DNA of 48,371 nucleotides from Candidatus Eiseniibacteriota bacterium (GTDB taxonomy: Bacteria > Joyebacterota > Joyebacteria > Joyebacterales > Joyebacteraceae). The notes under the pieces are model-generated. The model was not told the DNA's origin, made no database searches, and worked only from the letters and a program-made list of their open reading frames with translations. Positions 26,807 through 35,795 of this stretch are shown here, in pieces. Both the position numbers and the translations under genes were made by a program. How positions within the stretch are numbered: position 1 is the first letter of the stretch; every line of letters starts with the position of its first letter. The stretch is taken from contig JBDRFG010000074.1 of NCBI GenBank assembly GCA_043819135.1, positions 1-48,371 of the forward strand, in the 5' to 3' direction.

Positions 26807-27340
26807 ATGAAAACCCTTCTACACATATGCTGCGGGCCGTGCGCTCTCGTCCCGATGCGCGAGCTTCTCGCCGAGGGGCACGAGGTGGCGGGCGCGTTCG
26901 TCAATCCCAACATCCATCCTTACCGCGAGTTCGAGCTGAGGCTCGAAGCCGCCAGGCAGGCCGCCGAGGCGCTGGGCGTCGAGATGGTCCATGAGGATGG
27001 CTACGGGCTGACCGAGTTCCTGCGGGCGGTCGTGGGTCACGAGGAGACGCGTTGCCCGATCTGCTACGCGATGAGGCTCGACCGCGTCGCGGAGCTGGCG
27101 GTCTCGCTCGGTTTCGATGGATTCTCGACCTCGATGCTCGTGTCAACGCAGCAGGATCACGACGCCATCCGACGGGCGGGGGAGGCGGTGGGGGCGGCGC
27201 ACGGAGTCGAGTTTGTCTCGCGCGACTTCCGGCCGAAGGTGATGGAGGGCGTGCGGGCTTCGAAGGAGATGGGGCTTTACCGGCAACAGTACTGCGGCTG
27301 CATCTACAGCGAGTGGGAACGGTACCGGAAGAGCGCGTGA
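26807..27340 (+). CDS. queH: Epoxyqueuosine reductase QueH (DUF208)
   Basis: Motifs LLHICCGPC, NPNIHP..E...R, RC..CY..RL and LYRQQYCGCIYS. Adjacent to queA and tgt. Confidence 0.92.
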   Translation: MKTLLHICCGPCALVPMRELLAEGHEVAGAFVNPNIHPYREFELRLEAARQAAEALGVEMVHEDGYGLTEFLRAVVGHEETRCPICYAMRLDRVAELAVSLGFDGFSTSMLVSTQQDHDAIRRAGEAVGAAHGVEFVSRDFRPKVMEGVRASKEMGLYRQQYCGCIYSEWERYRKSA

Positions 27341-27405
27341 CGGCCGGCGGACCCGGCGCGGCCTGTGCCGGACGACGACCGGAATGCGGCCCCAACGGGA
27401 ATCCA

Positions 27406-28434
27406 GTGAAGACATCCGATTTCGACTACGAGCTCCCCAGCGAACTCATCGCTCAGTATCCAGCCGAGAGGCGCGACGAATCGCGACTCCTGGTGATCAG
27501 GCGTGACGCGGGCACTACCGAGCACAGGCTCTTCCGTGACATAGGGGACTACCTCGAGCCCGGAGATCTTCTGGTCGTCAACGATAGTGAGGTCATACCG
27601 GCCCGCTTCGTGGGGCGAAGGAGCACGGGCGGCCGAGCCGAGATGTTCGTTCTTCGGAGTCTGGGAGCCGACCGCTGGGAGGTACTCGTGCGTCCGGGAG
27701 CCAGGATCCGTGTGGGGGCGGAGCTGTCCTTCGGCGACGGGCGTCTGACGGCGCGGGTGGAGGGTGTCCTCCAGGACGGGAAGCGCGTGGCTTCGCTTTC
27801 CGCACAAGGCGGCGTCAGCGAGGCCATGGCTGAGCTCGGGGCCGTCCCTCTGCCTCCCTACATCGACAGAGAGCCCGAGCCGCTTGACGGCAAACGCTAC
27901 CAGACGGTTTACGCGCGTGTGCCCGGGGCAGTGGCCGCTCCCACCGCGGGCCTGCACTTCACCGACGAACTCCTGGCCGGACTGGACGCATCCGGCGTGC
28001 CGATGGCGCGCCTCACGCTCCATGTCGGGATCGGTACGTTCCGTCCGGTCGCTGTCGAGGATCCGGGCGAGCACGTGATGGAGAGCGAGCGGTACGAGGT
28101 ATCCGAGTCCGCCGCGGACGCCATCAATTCCGCGCGGGACGCCGGCGGCAGGGTGGTTGCGGTCGGCACCACGTCCGTCCGCACGCTGGAATCGGTCGCC
28201 GGCGATGGCGGGCGCGTCTCGCCGGGGTCGGGCTCGACCGACGTCTTCATCAGATCGCCCTACAGCTTCAAGTGCGTCGACGCCCTCATCACCAACTTCC
28301 ACCTGCCGAAATCGACTCTCCTGATGCTCGTGTCAGCGTTTGCGGGGCGCGAGCGCGTTCTCGCCGCATACGCCGAGGCCGTGAGGGAGGGATACCGGTT
28401 CTACAGCTACGGTGACGCGATGCTGCTGCTCTAG
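27406..28434 (+). CDS. queA: S-adenosylmethionine:tRNA ribosyltransferase-isomerase
   Basis: DFDYELP..LIAQYP, PLPPYI, YQTVYA, AAPTAGLHF, LHVG.GTF, VGTTSVR, TNFHLPKSTL, YRFYSYGDAM. Confidence 0.97.
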   Translation: MKTSDFDYELPSELIAQYPAERRDESRLLVIRRDAGTTEHRLFRDIGDYLEPGDLLVVNDSEVIPARFVGRRSTGGRAEMFVLRSLGADRWEVLVRPGARIRVGAELSFGDGRLTARVEGVLQDGKRVASLSAQGGVSEAMAELGAVPLPPYIDREPEPLDGKRYQTVYARVPGAVAAPTAGLHFTDELLAGLDASGVPMARLTLHVGIGTFRPVAVEDPGEHVMESERYEVSESAADAINSARDAGGRVVAVGTTSVRTLESVAGDGGRVSPGSGSTDVFIRSPYSFKCVDALITNFHLPKSTLLMLVSAFAGRERVLAAYAEAVREGYRFYSYGDAMLLL

Positions 28435-28572
28435 CCGAATCGCGCAACGTGCCACGCGTGGCCCGACCGACTCGCATCGACCCCACGTGCGGCGACCTAT
28501 CTCGCGCCCGCAGGATCTTCTCCCGCCCGTCCGACACGTTTTCCCCATACAGGCGCCCTTTCCTCAATCCGC

Positions 28573-28601
28573 TTGACAGCCGCAGAGCCCACGCATACAG
28601 T
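28573..28601 (+). promoter_or_regulatory. sigma70 promoter for tgt-apgM-lnt
   Basis: TTGACA-17 nt-TACAGT, 40 nt upstream of the tgt start (RBS GGAGG). Confidence 0.65.
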
Positions 28602-28641
28602 ACGCGGGCCCCGTCGGGCGTGCGAACAGCCGGAGGTTGCG

Positions 28642-29781
28642 TTGATCGAATTCCGGATCGTCGCTGTCGATGCGGAGACGAAGGCGCGGGCCGGGGAACT
28701 CGTGACGCCCCATGGTGTCGTTGAGACACCTGTCTTCATGCCGGTTGGCACTCAGGCGACGGTGAAGACGCTTGCCCCTTGCGATCTCGAGGACATCGGC
28801 GCGCGGATCATTCTGTCCAATGCGTATCATCTGTACCTACGCCCGGGCACCGAGCTGATAAGAGAGGCGGGCGGACTCCATCGCTTCATGGGATGGGACC
28901 GCGCGATCCTGACGGACAGCGGCGGTTTCCAGGTGTTCAGCCTGGCGCGTCTGAATCGCATCACCGACGACGGGCTGGAATTCCAGTCCCACCTCGACGG
29001 CTCCCGCCATTTCATGTCTCCCGAGCAGAACGTCGCCATCCAGCGCGACATAGGCGCCGACATCATCATGGCGCTGGACGAGTGCATCGCATACCCTGCC
29101 GAGAGAAGCTATGCGGCCCGCTCTCACGAGCTCACCCTCAGGTGGGCGCAGAGAGCGCTCGCGGCCTGGCAGGAGGAGCCCGGGGACCAGTCCCTGTTCG
29201 GCATCGTTCAAGGCGCGACCTACGCGGACCTCCGCCGTGAGTCGGCGGCCGCGCTCGCCGCCATGGGCTTTCCCGGCTATGCGATAGGCGGCCTGGCGGT
29301 CGGCGAACCCAAGGGGGCCATGAGGGAGATGGTCGATGCGACGGTCGAGGAGCTTCCGGAGGCTGCGCCGCGCTATTTCATGGGGCAGGGATTCCCCGAG
29401 GACATAATCGGCTCCGTGGTGCAGGGCATAGACATGTTCGATTGCGTCATGCCGACACGAAACGCCCGGAAGGGCTACGTGTTCACGTCCCGCGGCAAGC
29501 TGGTCGTCAAGAACGCGAGCTACGCGAACGACCACGGGCCGATGGACCCGGAGTGCGGCTGCTACGCGTGCCGGAACTTCTCGAGAGGCTACATCAGACA
29601 TCTCTTCGCCGCCGACGAGTTGCTGGCGGGGAGGCTCGCGTCCCTTCACAGCCTGACGTTCTACGTGACGATGATGCGGGAGATGCGCGCCGCGATAGTC
29701 GACGGCAGTTTCGGGGACTGGAGGCGCGCTTTCCAATCCAAATTCGACCAGTGCGGTGGCAGTGGGGTGGAGGAGAACTGA
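28642..29781 (+). CDS. tgt: tRNA-guanine transglycosylase
   Basis: TPVFMPVGT, NAYHLYLRPG, TDSGGFQVFSL, DEC, GIVQG, GGLAVGE, DMFDCVMPTRNAR, and the C.C..C/H Zn site. Confidence 0.97.
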   Translation: MIEFRIVAVDAETKARAGELVTPHGVVETPVFMPVGTQATVKTLAPCDLEDIGARIILSNAYHLYLRPGTELIREAGGLHRFMGWDRAILTDSGGFQVFSLARLNRITDDGLEFQSHLDGSRHFMSPEQNVAIQRDIGADIIMALDECIAYPAERSYAARSHELTLRWAQRALAAWQEEPGDQSLFGIVQGATYADLRRESAAALAAMGFPGYAIGGLAVGEPKGAMREMVDATVEELPEAAPRYFMGQGFPEDIIGSVVQGIDMFDCVMPTRNARKGYVFTSRGKLVVKNASYANDHGPMDPECGCYACRNFSRGYIRHLFAADELLAGRLASLHSLTFYVTMMREMRAAIVDGSFGDWRRAFQSKFDQCGGSGVEEN

Positions 29782-29795
29782 CAGGCGGAGGCAAT

Positions 29796-31007
29796 ATGCA
29801 GAGAAACACGGCCAATCTGGTGGACAGCGTAGCGACGGAGTCGGGCGGGAAGATCGTGCTGCTCGTCGCGGACGGGATCGGCGGCCTGCCGCATCCGGAG
29901 ACCGGGCTCACCGAACTGGAGACCGCGCGGACGCCCGTCCTGGACGAGCTGGCGCGGGAGGGGTCGTGTGGACTTCACATACCCATAGCGCCCGGGATAA
30001 CGCCGGGCAGTGGTCCAGCTCACATGGCGCTCTTCGGCTACGACCCCGTGCTGTACGACATAGGCCGAGGTGTTCTGGAGGCTCTCGGGATCGGATTCGA
30101 TCTCAGGCCCGGGGACGTCGCGATACGCGTCAACTTCGCGACCGTGGACGATCATGGGCGGATAACGGACAGGCGAGCGGGGAGAATTCCCACGGAGAAG
30201 TGCGAGGAGCTGACCGCCCGGTTGGACCGGATCCAGTTGCCCCTGGTCGAGGTGTTCGTGCGGCCCGTGAAGGAGCACAGGGCGGTCATCGTGCTGAGGG
30301 GCGCGGGGCTGGCGGGCGGTCTCAGGGACACCGACCCGCAGGCTATCGGTGTGCCGCCGCTTCCGGTCGAGATCACTGACGGGGTACAGGAGAAGACCGC
30401 AGAGCTCTTGAGGGCCTTCCTCGGCGCGGCGGCGGAGCTCCTGAAGGACGAGCCCAAGGCAAACGCCATCACGATGCGCGGCATAGCGGCGCTCGAGGAG
30501 ATACCGTCGGTGCGCGAGCGGTTCAGGATCCGCGCGGCCGCCATCGCCGGATACCCGATGTACCGAGGAGTCGCCGGGCTCGTTGGCATGGACGTTCTCC
30601 CCGTCGCCCAGACCGCGGATGAGGTGGAGGAGGCCCTGCGGTCGGCCTACAGGGACTACGATTTCATGTTCGTTCACTTCAAGAAGACCGATTCGGCCGG
30701 GGAAGACGGCTCGTTCGAAGCGAAGGTCGCGGCCACCGAGGCGCTGGACGAGGTCGCAGCGCGTATTCGTGACATCGGTCCGGACGTGTTGCTGGTTACG
30801 GGCGACCACTCGACCCCCTCCGCGATGGCGATGCACAGCTGGCACCCGGTGCCGGTGCTAGTGCGCGCCGCGACCGCGCGGGTGGACGAGGTCGCGGCAT
30901 TCGGCGAGTCGGCTTGCCTGCGCGGGTCGCTGGGGATCGTTCACGCGGTCGATCTGATGCCGCTCATGCTGGCGCACGCCGGCCGTCTGAAGAAGTTCGG
31001 GGCGTAG
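29796..31007 (+). CDS. apgM: 2,3-bisphosphoglycerate-independent phosphoglycerate mutase (ApgM type)
   Basis: DGIGG..TELE.A.TP.LD, PGSGPAH..LFGYDP, GRG.LEALG, DRRAGR, KKTD..GED, GDHSTP, HSWHPVP. Confidence 0.92.
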   Translation: MQRNTANLVDSVATESGGKIVLLVADGIGGLPHPETGLTELETARTPVLDELAREGSCGLHIPIAPGITPGSGPAHMALFGYDPVLYDIGRGVLEALGIGFDLRPGDVAIRVNFATVDDHGRITDRRAGRIPTEKCEELTARLDRIQLPLVEVFVRPVKEHRAVIVLRGAGLAGGLRDTDPQAIGVPPLPVEITDGVQEKTAELLRAFLGAAAELLKDEPKANAITMRGIAALEEIPSVRERFRIRAAAIAGYPMYRGVAGLVGMDVLPVAQTADEVEEALRSAYRDYDFMFVHFKKTDSAGEDGSFEAKVAATEALDEVAARIRDIGPDVLLVTGDHSTPSAMAMHSWHPVPVLVRAATARVDEVAAFGESACLRGSLGIVHAVDLMPLMLAHAGRLKKFGA

Positions 31008-31077
31008 CGCATTCGCGCGAGCACGGGGTCACCGCGGCCGCTGGGGATTCCCACCGGGGGCCAGGGCGAGGAACGAC

Positions 31078-32682
31078 ATGACAACACACGACGAGATGCC
31101 GCGTTCCAGGGAACTACTGCTCGCGATCCTGAGCGGGGCGTGTCTTGTACTGGCGTTTCCTCCTATCGACCTCTGGCCCGCCGCCTTCATCGCGCTCGTC
31201 CCGCTCTTTCACGCAGTACGGAACGTGAAGCGGGGCGGCTTCTGGAGCGGTTTCAGACCGGGCTTCGTCGCCGGCATCTCCTTCTTCCTGCTGCTCCTCT
31301 ACTGGCTCGCGCTCCTATCGTCGGATCAAATGGACAATCCCGTCGTGATGAGCGGGCCGCTCTTCCTGCTGGTCCTCCTGCAGTCGTTCTACTGGGGGCT
31401 CTTCTCGGCCGCCGCATCGTTCGTCGGACACAGAACGCGCATTCCATGGTTCGTGATCCTGCCCGTGCTCTGGGTGGCGTTCGAGCAGCTGAGGTCGCTG
31501 GGTGTCATCGGCTTCACGTGGGGCGCGTTGGGATACGCGGCCGTCAACGTGCCACGGGCCATCCAGTTCGCATCGGTCACCGGTGTCTTCGGCGTCTCGC
31601 TCTGGATCGCGCTCTCGAACGCGCTTGTTCTCGAGGTCGCGTCCGCGCGGAGGCGGAGGGGCGCGCTCGCGGTCGGCCTGCTGCTGGCGCTGCTGCTGCC
31701 CGTCGCGCACGGCACGATGGTGCTGCGAGGTGCCGATGCGCTGCGGGAGGGCGGTGCGGGGAAGGATGCGGCCGGCGGCGCCAGGAGGATGAGGGTGGCC
31801 GTGATCCAGCCCAACATCTCGGGGGAGACCAAGTGGGATTCGCGCTACAAGAACGAGAGCTTCGAGGCTCTTGGCAGGTTGTCGCTCGAGGCCGCCGACA
31901 GGAAGCCCGACCTTATCATCTGGCCGGAGACGGCGGCGCCCAGCTACCTCCTGCTCGAACCTGACGACCTGGCGCGCGTCGCCGGGATCGCCCGCGCCGC
32001 GGACGCGCCCATACTCACGGGCTGTCCCCATCTCGTTCCGGGTGACGCGGACGAGGGCGCGGGGAGGCCCCTCAACAGCGTCCTGCTGATAGACGCCGAC
32101 GGGATCCCGCGGGCGTCCTACAGCAAGATGAAGCTCGTCCCGTTCGGAGAGGTCATTCCGTTCGAGACCGTCATCCCGTTCCTGAAAGAGGTCGACTTCG
32201 GCGAGGCGGACTTCTGGCCCGGCAGCGAGCGCACGGTCTTCGAACATCCCAGGGGGCGTTTCGCGACGCTCATCTGCTACGAGTCGACCTTCCCTCGGCT
32301 CGCGCGACGTTTCGTCGCCGACGGCGCGGAGCTCCTGGTCAACATCACGAATGACGTGTGGTACGGGGAGACGTCGATGCCCTTCCAGCACGCGTCCATG
32401 GCGGTCATGCGCGCCGTCGAGAACAGGCGCAGCCTCGCGCGGAGCGCCAACAGCGGAGTGTCGATGCTGGTGGACCCCTACGGCCGAGTGCTGGCGCGTA
32501 CGGGGATCTTCGAGGAGGGGTTTCTGGTGGAGGGTCTTCCCGTGGTGAGCCGGACGACCTTCTACACGAGGTATGGGGATGTCCTCCCGTGGGGCGCTTC
32601 GATCGCGGGCGGTCTGATGCTGGTTCTGGTTCTGTTCGGGGCGGCCGGGAGCCGCGGCGGGCGTCAGGGCCGGCGGCACTGA
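31078..32682 (+). CDS. lnt: Apolipoprotein N-acyltransferase
   Basis: N-terminal TMs; QPNI, WPETA (catalytic E), K..LVPFGE (K), ICYES (C), NITND.W, RSANSGVS. Confidence 0.95.
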   Translation: MTTHDEMPRSRELLLAILSGACLVLAFPPIDLWPAAFIALVPLFHAVRNVKRGGFWSGFRPGFVAGISFFLLLLYWLALLSSDQMDNPVVMSGPLFLLVLLQSFYWGLFSAAASFVGHRTRIPWFVILPVLWVAFEQLRSLGVIGFTWGALGYAAVNVPRAIQFASVTGVFGVSLWIALSNALVLEVASARRRRGALAVGLLLALLLPVAHGTMVLRGADALREGGAGKDAAGGARRMRVAVIQPNISGETKWDSRYKNESFEALGRLSLEAADRKPDLIIWPETAAPSYLLLEPDDLARVAGIARAADAPILTGCPHLVPGDADEGAGRPLNSVLLIDADGIPRASYSKMKLVPFGEVIPFETVIPFLKEVDFGEADFWPGSERTVFEHPRGRFATLICYESTFPRLARRFVADGAELLVNITNDVWYGETSMPFQHASMAVMRAVENRRSLARSANSGVSMLVDPYGRVLARTGIFEEGFLVEGLPVVSRTTFYTRYGDVLPWGASIAGGLMLVLVLFGAAGSRGGRQGRRH

Positions 32683-32864
32683 ACGCCGTCCAGCACCGAG
32701 CGTAAACCCGGCCTTGGCATGGAATTCGGCACTGACACGTGCCCGGTCCGCGGGCGGACTCCGGCGATTCGCGGAGGGAGGTGGGTGACGTGCAGTGCTG
32801 CTACCCGCGCATGGGGCAACCTGCGGTCTATAGGCGATTTGGAGGTCTGCCCGCCTTCCTTGCG

Positions 32865-32880
32865 TGGCATGGAACTTGCA
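32865..32880 (+). promoter_or_regulatory. sigma54 (-24/-12) promoter of the pilus locus
   Basis: TGGCAT-GGAAC-TTGCA gives exact GG-N10-GC spacing, 70 nt before ATG 32950. Confidence 0.75.
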
Positions 32881-32949
32881 GTTCGACGGGTCGAACTTCC
32901 CTGGATCGGAGATCCAAGGGAAACGTCCTGTGTAACTGAGGAGAGTTTT

Positions 32950-34329
32950 ATGTCCACATACTGGGGCTTTCTGAGGAAGCGCCGCGTGCGGAGCACGTCG
33001 CGGCGGGCTCTTGTGATGGGTCCGTTCGTGCTGTCGATCCGCGGTTCTGCGCTGGTGGGAGTGATGGCCGTCATCACGGCGGTCCTGCTGGTCGGGATAG
33101 CAATCTTCATCCTGGGCCATTCCGAGGGCGACATCGTGGAGTACGCCGTCGATGACAGCAGGGCGTTCTACATCGCGGAGGGCGGACTGGAGCGGGCGAG
33201 AGGATACCTGGCTGAGCTGGAGGCTGACTCTCCAGGGGCCGATCCAGTGGGAACGAAGTTCGAAGACCAGCCCCTCGGGGGCGGTGTCTACACGGTCGAG
33301 GTCGTGGCGAACGTGGGCGATGAATGGATGGACGCCTACGAGGTCGTCAGCACGGGCACGATCGATGGAGTGGACCGGCAGGTCAAGAGCGTCATCATAG
33401 CCGAGACGTTCGCCAGGTACCAGTGGTTCGTCGAGTACGGAGGATGGAAGTGGTTCCACACAGGTGAGAGGTTTGAGGGACCGGTGCACGTGAATCGCCA
33501 GCTTCAGATCGACGGCGATCCGTGGTTCGGAGGTCCGGTCACTGCCGGCCGCGGCATAACGATGAAGCAGGGTAGCAATCCGATCTTCGAGGACGGTTAT
33601 GAACTCTATGTCGAGGGCATCTCCCTTCCGACGGAGCCGGAACTGGAGGACCGCATCAAGGTAGCCGCGGTGGCCGGTGGGATCTATCTCCCGTCGCTGA
33701 GCGGTCACGATGTCTACTACCAGATCGAGCTTGGCCAGCCGTCTGTCGGTGAGATGACGGTGCAGGGTTTCGACGCCCACCACGGCCCCATCGAACTGAC
33801 GCTTCCCACCGTGTACGACCTGTCGGTCGGGAACGGCGCCGCCTGGTCCGAGGAGAGGATCACGATCGAGGGAGTGCTGGATGGTCGTCTGACCATCGCG
33901 GTCGAGGGTGACATCGACGTGATGGGAGACATCCTCTACGACGCGTCGACGCCCGGCAGCGGGCCTGACCCGGGCTGCGACGACGTGCTGGGCCTCATTA
34001 CGACGGACGACATCATAATCAAGTACACGGCTCCGAATATGGACGACTGCGAGGTCCATGGGGTCATGATGTCTCTGCACAAGAACTTCGAGGCCGAGGG
34101 GTACATGCACTATCCGCCGCGCGGTGACATGATCATCTACGGGGGGATCCTCGTGGACCAGAGCATACACCTGGCGACGTACGCCAATGATGTTCTCAGG
34201 TCCGGGTACTACCGGGACTACCACTACGACAGCAGACTTCTGGTGCTGCCTCCACCCTTCTTCCCGCTGACGGGGAAGTACCGCGTTGTCAACTGGGAGG
34301 AAGTCAGTCCTCCGGTGGTGGAATCATAG
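32950..34329 (+). CDS. PilX-like large minor pilin (DUF4900-like), paralog 1
   Basis: Class III signal RG|SALVG without Glu5; PilX_N motif AFYIAEGGLE; GPVHVN, DVLGLI, PPFFP, WEE. RBS GAGGAG precedes ATG 32950. Confidence 0.75.
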   Translation: MSTYWGFLRKRRVRSTSRRALVMGPFVLSIRGSALVGVMAVITAVLLVGIAIFILGHSEGDIVEYAVDDSRAFYIAEGGLERARGYLAELEADSPGADPVGTKFEDQPLGGGVYTVEVVANVGDEWMDAYEVVSTGTIDGVDRQVKSVIIAETFARYQWFVEYGGWKWFHTGERFEGPVHVNRQLQIDGDPWFGGPVTAGRGITMKQGSNPIFEDGYELYVEGISLPTEPELEDRIKVAAVAGGIYLPSLSGHDVYYQIELGQPSVGEMTVQGFDAHHGPIELTLPTVYDLSVGNGAAWSEERITIEGVLDGRLTIAVEGDIDVMGDILYDASTPGSGPDPGCDDVLGLITTDDIIIKYTAPNMDDCEVHGVMMSLHKNFEAEGYMHYPPRGDMIIYGGILVDQSIHLATYANDVLRSGYYRDYHYDSRLLVLPPPFFPLTGKYRVVNWEEVSPPVVES

Positions 34330-34334
34330 GGAGC

Positions 34335-35702
34335 GTGTCGTTGAGACGTCGAGCGAAGGACGTAGTGCGGATGTCGGAGCGGGAGCCGCGAGCCGCGAAG
34401 TGCGAGCGCTGCGGTGGCTCCACGCTCGTGGCGGTCATAGCGATCGCGGCGGCCGTCCTCCTGATCGGCGTGGCCATCTTCGTCCTCGGGCATTCCGAGG
34501 GCGACATCGTCGAGAACAGCGTGGACGACAGCCGCGCGTTCTACATCGCGGAGGGCGGACTCGAGCGAATGCGTGGATGGTTGGGCGATTTCCACTCGGA
34601 CGACCCGGACGGCGACCCGCTCGGCAAGAAATTCGAGAACCAGCTCCTGGGCGGCGGGACGTACACCGTGGAGATCACCGAGGACGTGAGCGGAGGAAGC
34701 TGGTTGGGTGCCTACAAGGTCGTCTCGACCGGTGTGATCGACGGCGTGGTGCGGCAGGTCCAGGCGGTGATGATCGCCGAGACGTTCGCCAGGTACCAGG
34801 TCTTCGTGGAGAACGCCGGATGGGTGTGGTTCAGGACGGGCGATCGGTTCGAAGGGCCGGTGCACGTCAACCACGACCTGCAGATAGACGGCGACCCCTG
34901 GTTCGGCGGTCCCGTCACGGCGGGGGGCGGACTCACACTGAAGACCGGGAGCAATCCCGTGTTCGAGATGGGATACGAGCTGGGCGTCGAGAACATCCCC
35001 CTCCCGGACGACAGCTACGCTACGGACAGGGTCAAGCCCGCGGCGGAGTCGGGCGGTCTCCCCTTACCGGTGCTGGTGGGGCAGGACGCGAAGTACCATA
35101 TCGACCTGGGCCATTTCGGTCCCGGGCTGATGGGCTACAAGAGCTACGGGAAGGTCGGCGGCGTATACACCTGGTCTGACTGGGTGCAGGTCGACCTCGC
35201 GACGCTCAACGGCGCCATCTGGAGCCCGGAACCGATCCGGCTCGAGGGGACACTTGACGGGCAGCTGACCATCGGGGTCGAGGGCAACGTCGAGGTCTGG
35301 GGCGATATTCTCTACGACGGGGTAGCGCCCGGCAGCACTCCGCCCCCTGACTGCGACGACGTGCTCGGTCTCATTGCGGACGGAGACGTCATCATCGCGT
35401 ATACGCCTCCGAACTGGAACGACTGCATGTTCTACGGGGTGGCGATGGCCCTCGAGAAGAGCGTCGAGGCTCAGGAATACCAGCACTACGCTCCTCGTGG
35501 AGTGTTCGAGATGTACGGCGGTCTCATCGCCGACTACAGCATTCACATGGCGCAGTACGACAACGACGGCAATCTGCTCTCGGGGTACGCTCGCGACTAC
35601 AACTGGGACTCCCGTATGATCGCGATGCCGCCGCCGTTCTTCCCGCTGACGGGACGCTACTTCATCTACTCCTGGGAAGAAGTGGTACCGCCGGAAGTGT
35701 GA
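34335..35702 (+). CDS. PilX-like large minor pilin (DUF4900-like), paralog 2
   Basis: GG|STLVA without Glu5, AFYIAEGGLE; collinear with paralog 1 along its full length. Confidence 0.75.
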   Translation: MSLRRRAKDVVRMSEREPRAAKCERCGGSTLVAVIAIAAAVLLIGVAIFVLGHSEGDIVENSVDDSRAFYIAEGGLERMRGWLGDFHSDDPDGDPLGKKFENQLLGGGTYTVEITEDVSGGSWLGAYKVVSTGVIDGVVRQVQAVMIAETFARYQVFVENAGWVWFRTGDRFEGPVHVNHDLQIDGDPWFGGPVTAGGGLTLKTGSNPVFEMGYELGVENIPLPDDSYATDRVKPAAESGGLPLPVLVGQDAKYHIDLGHFGPGLMGYKSYGKVGGVYTWSDWVQVDLATLNGAIWSPEPIRLEGTLDGQLTIGVEGNVEVWGDILYDGVAPGSTPPPDCDDVLGLIADGDVIIAYTPPNWNDCMFYGVAMALEKSVEAQEYQHYAPRGVFEMYGGLIADYSIHMAQYDNDGNLLSGYARDYNWDSRMIAMPPPFFPLTGRYFIYSWEEVVPPEV

Positions 35703-35795
35703 TCGGACGCTTCTCGCCGGTGGACTGGGCAGAGATCAAGCGTCCTGAGGCGTGACAGAGTGGGGGCATCAACGGTGCACCGGTTGAGGCACGAA

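Noticed and set aside
26678..28641. preQ1 riboswitch upstream of queH, queA or tgt
   Set aside because: No preQ1-type stem with an A-rich 3' tail is visible in these leaders.
32715..32730. Second TGGCATGGAA copy, 150 nt upstream of the sigma54 promoter
   Set aside because: It lacks the -12 GC at the required spacing (TCGG instead of TTGC), so it is not called as a promoter.
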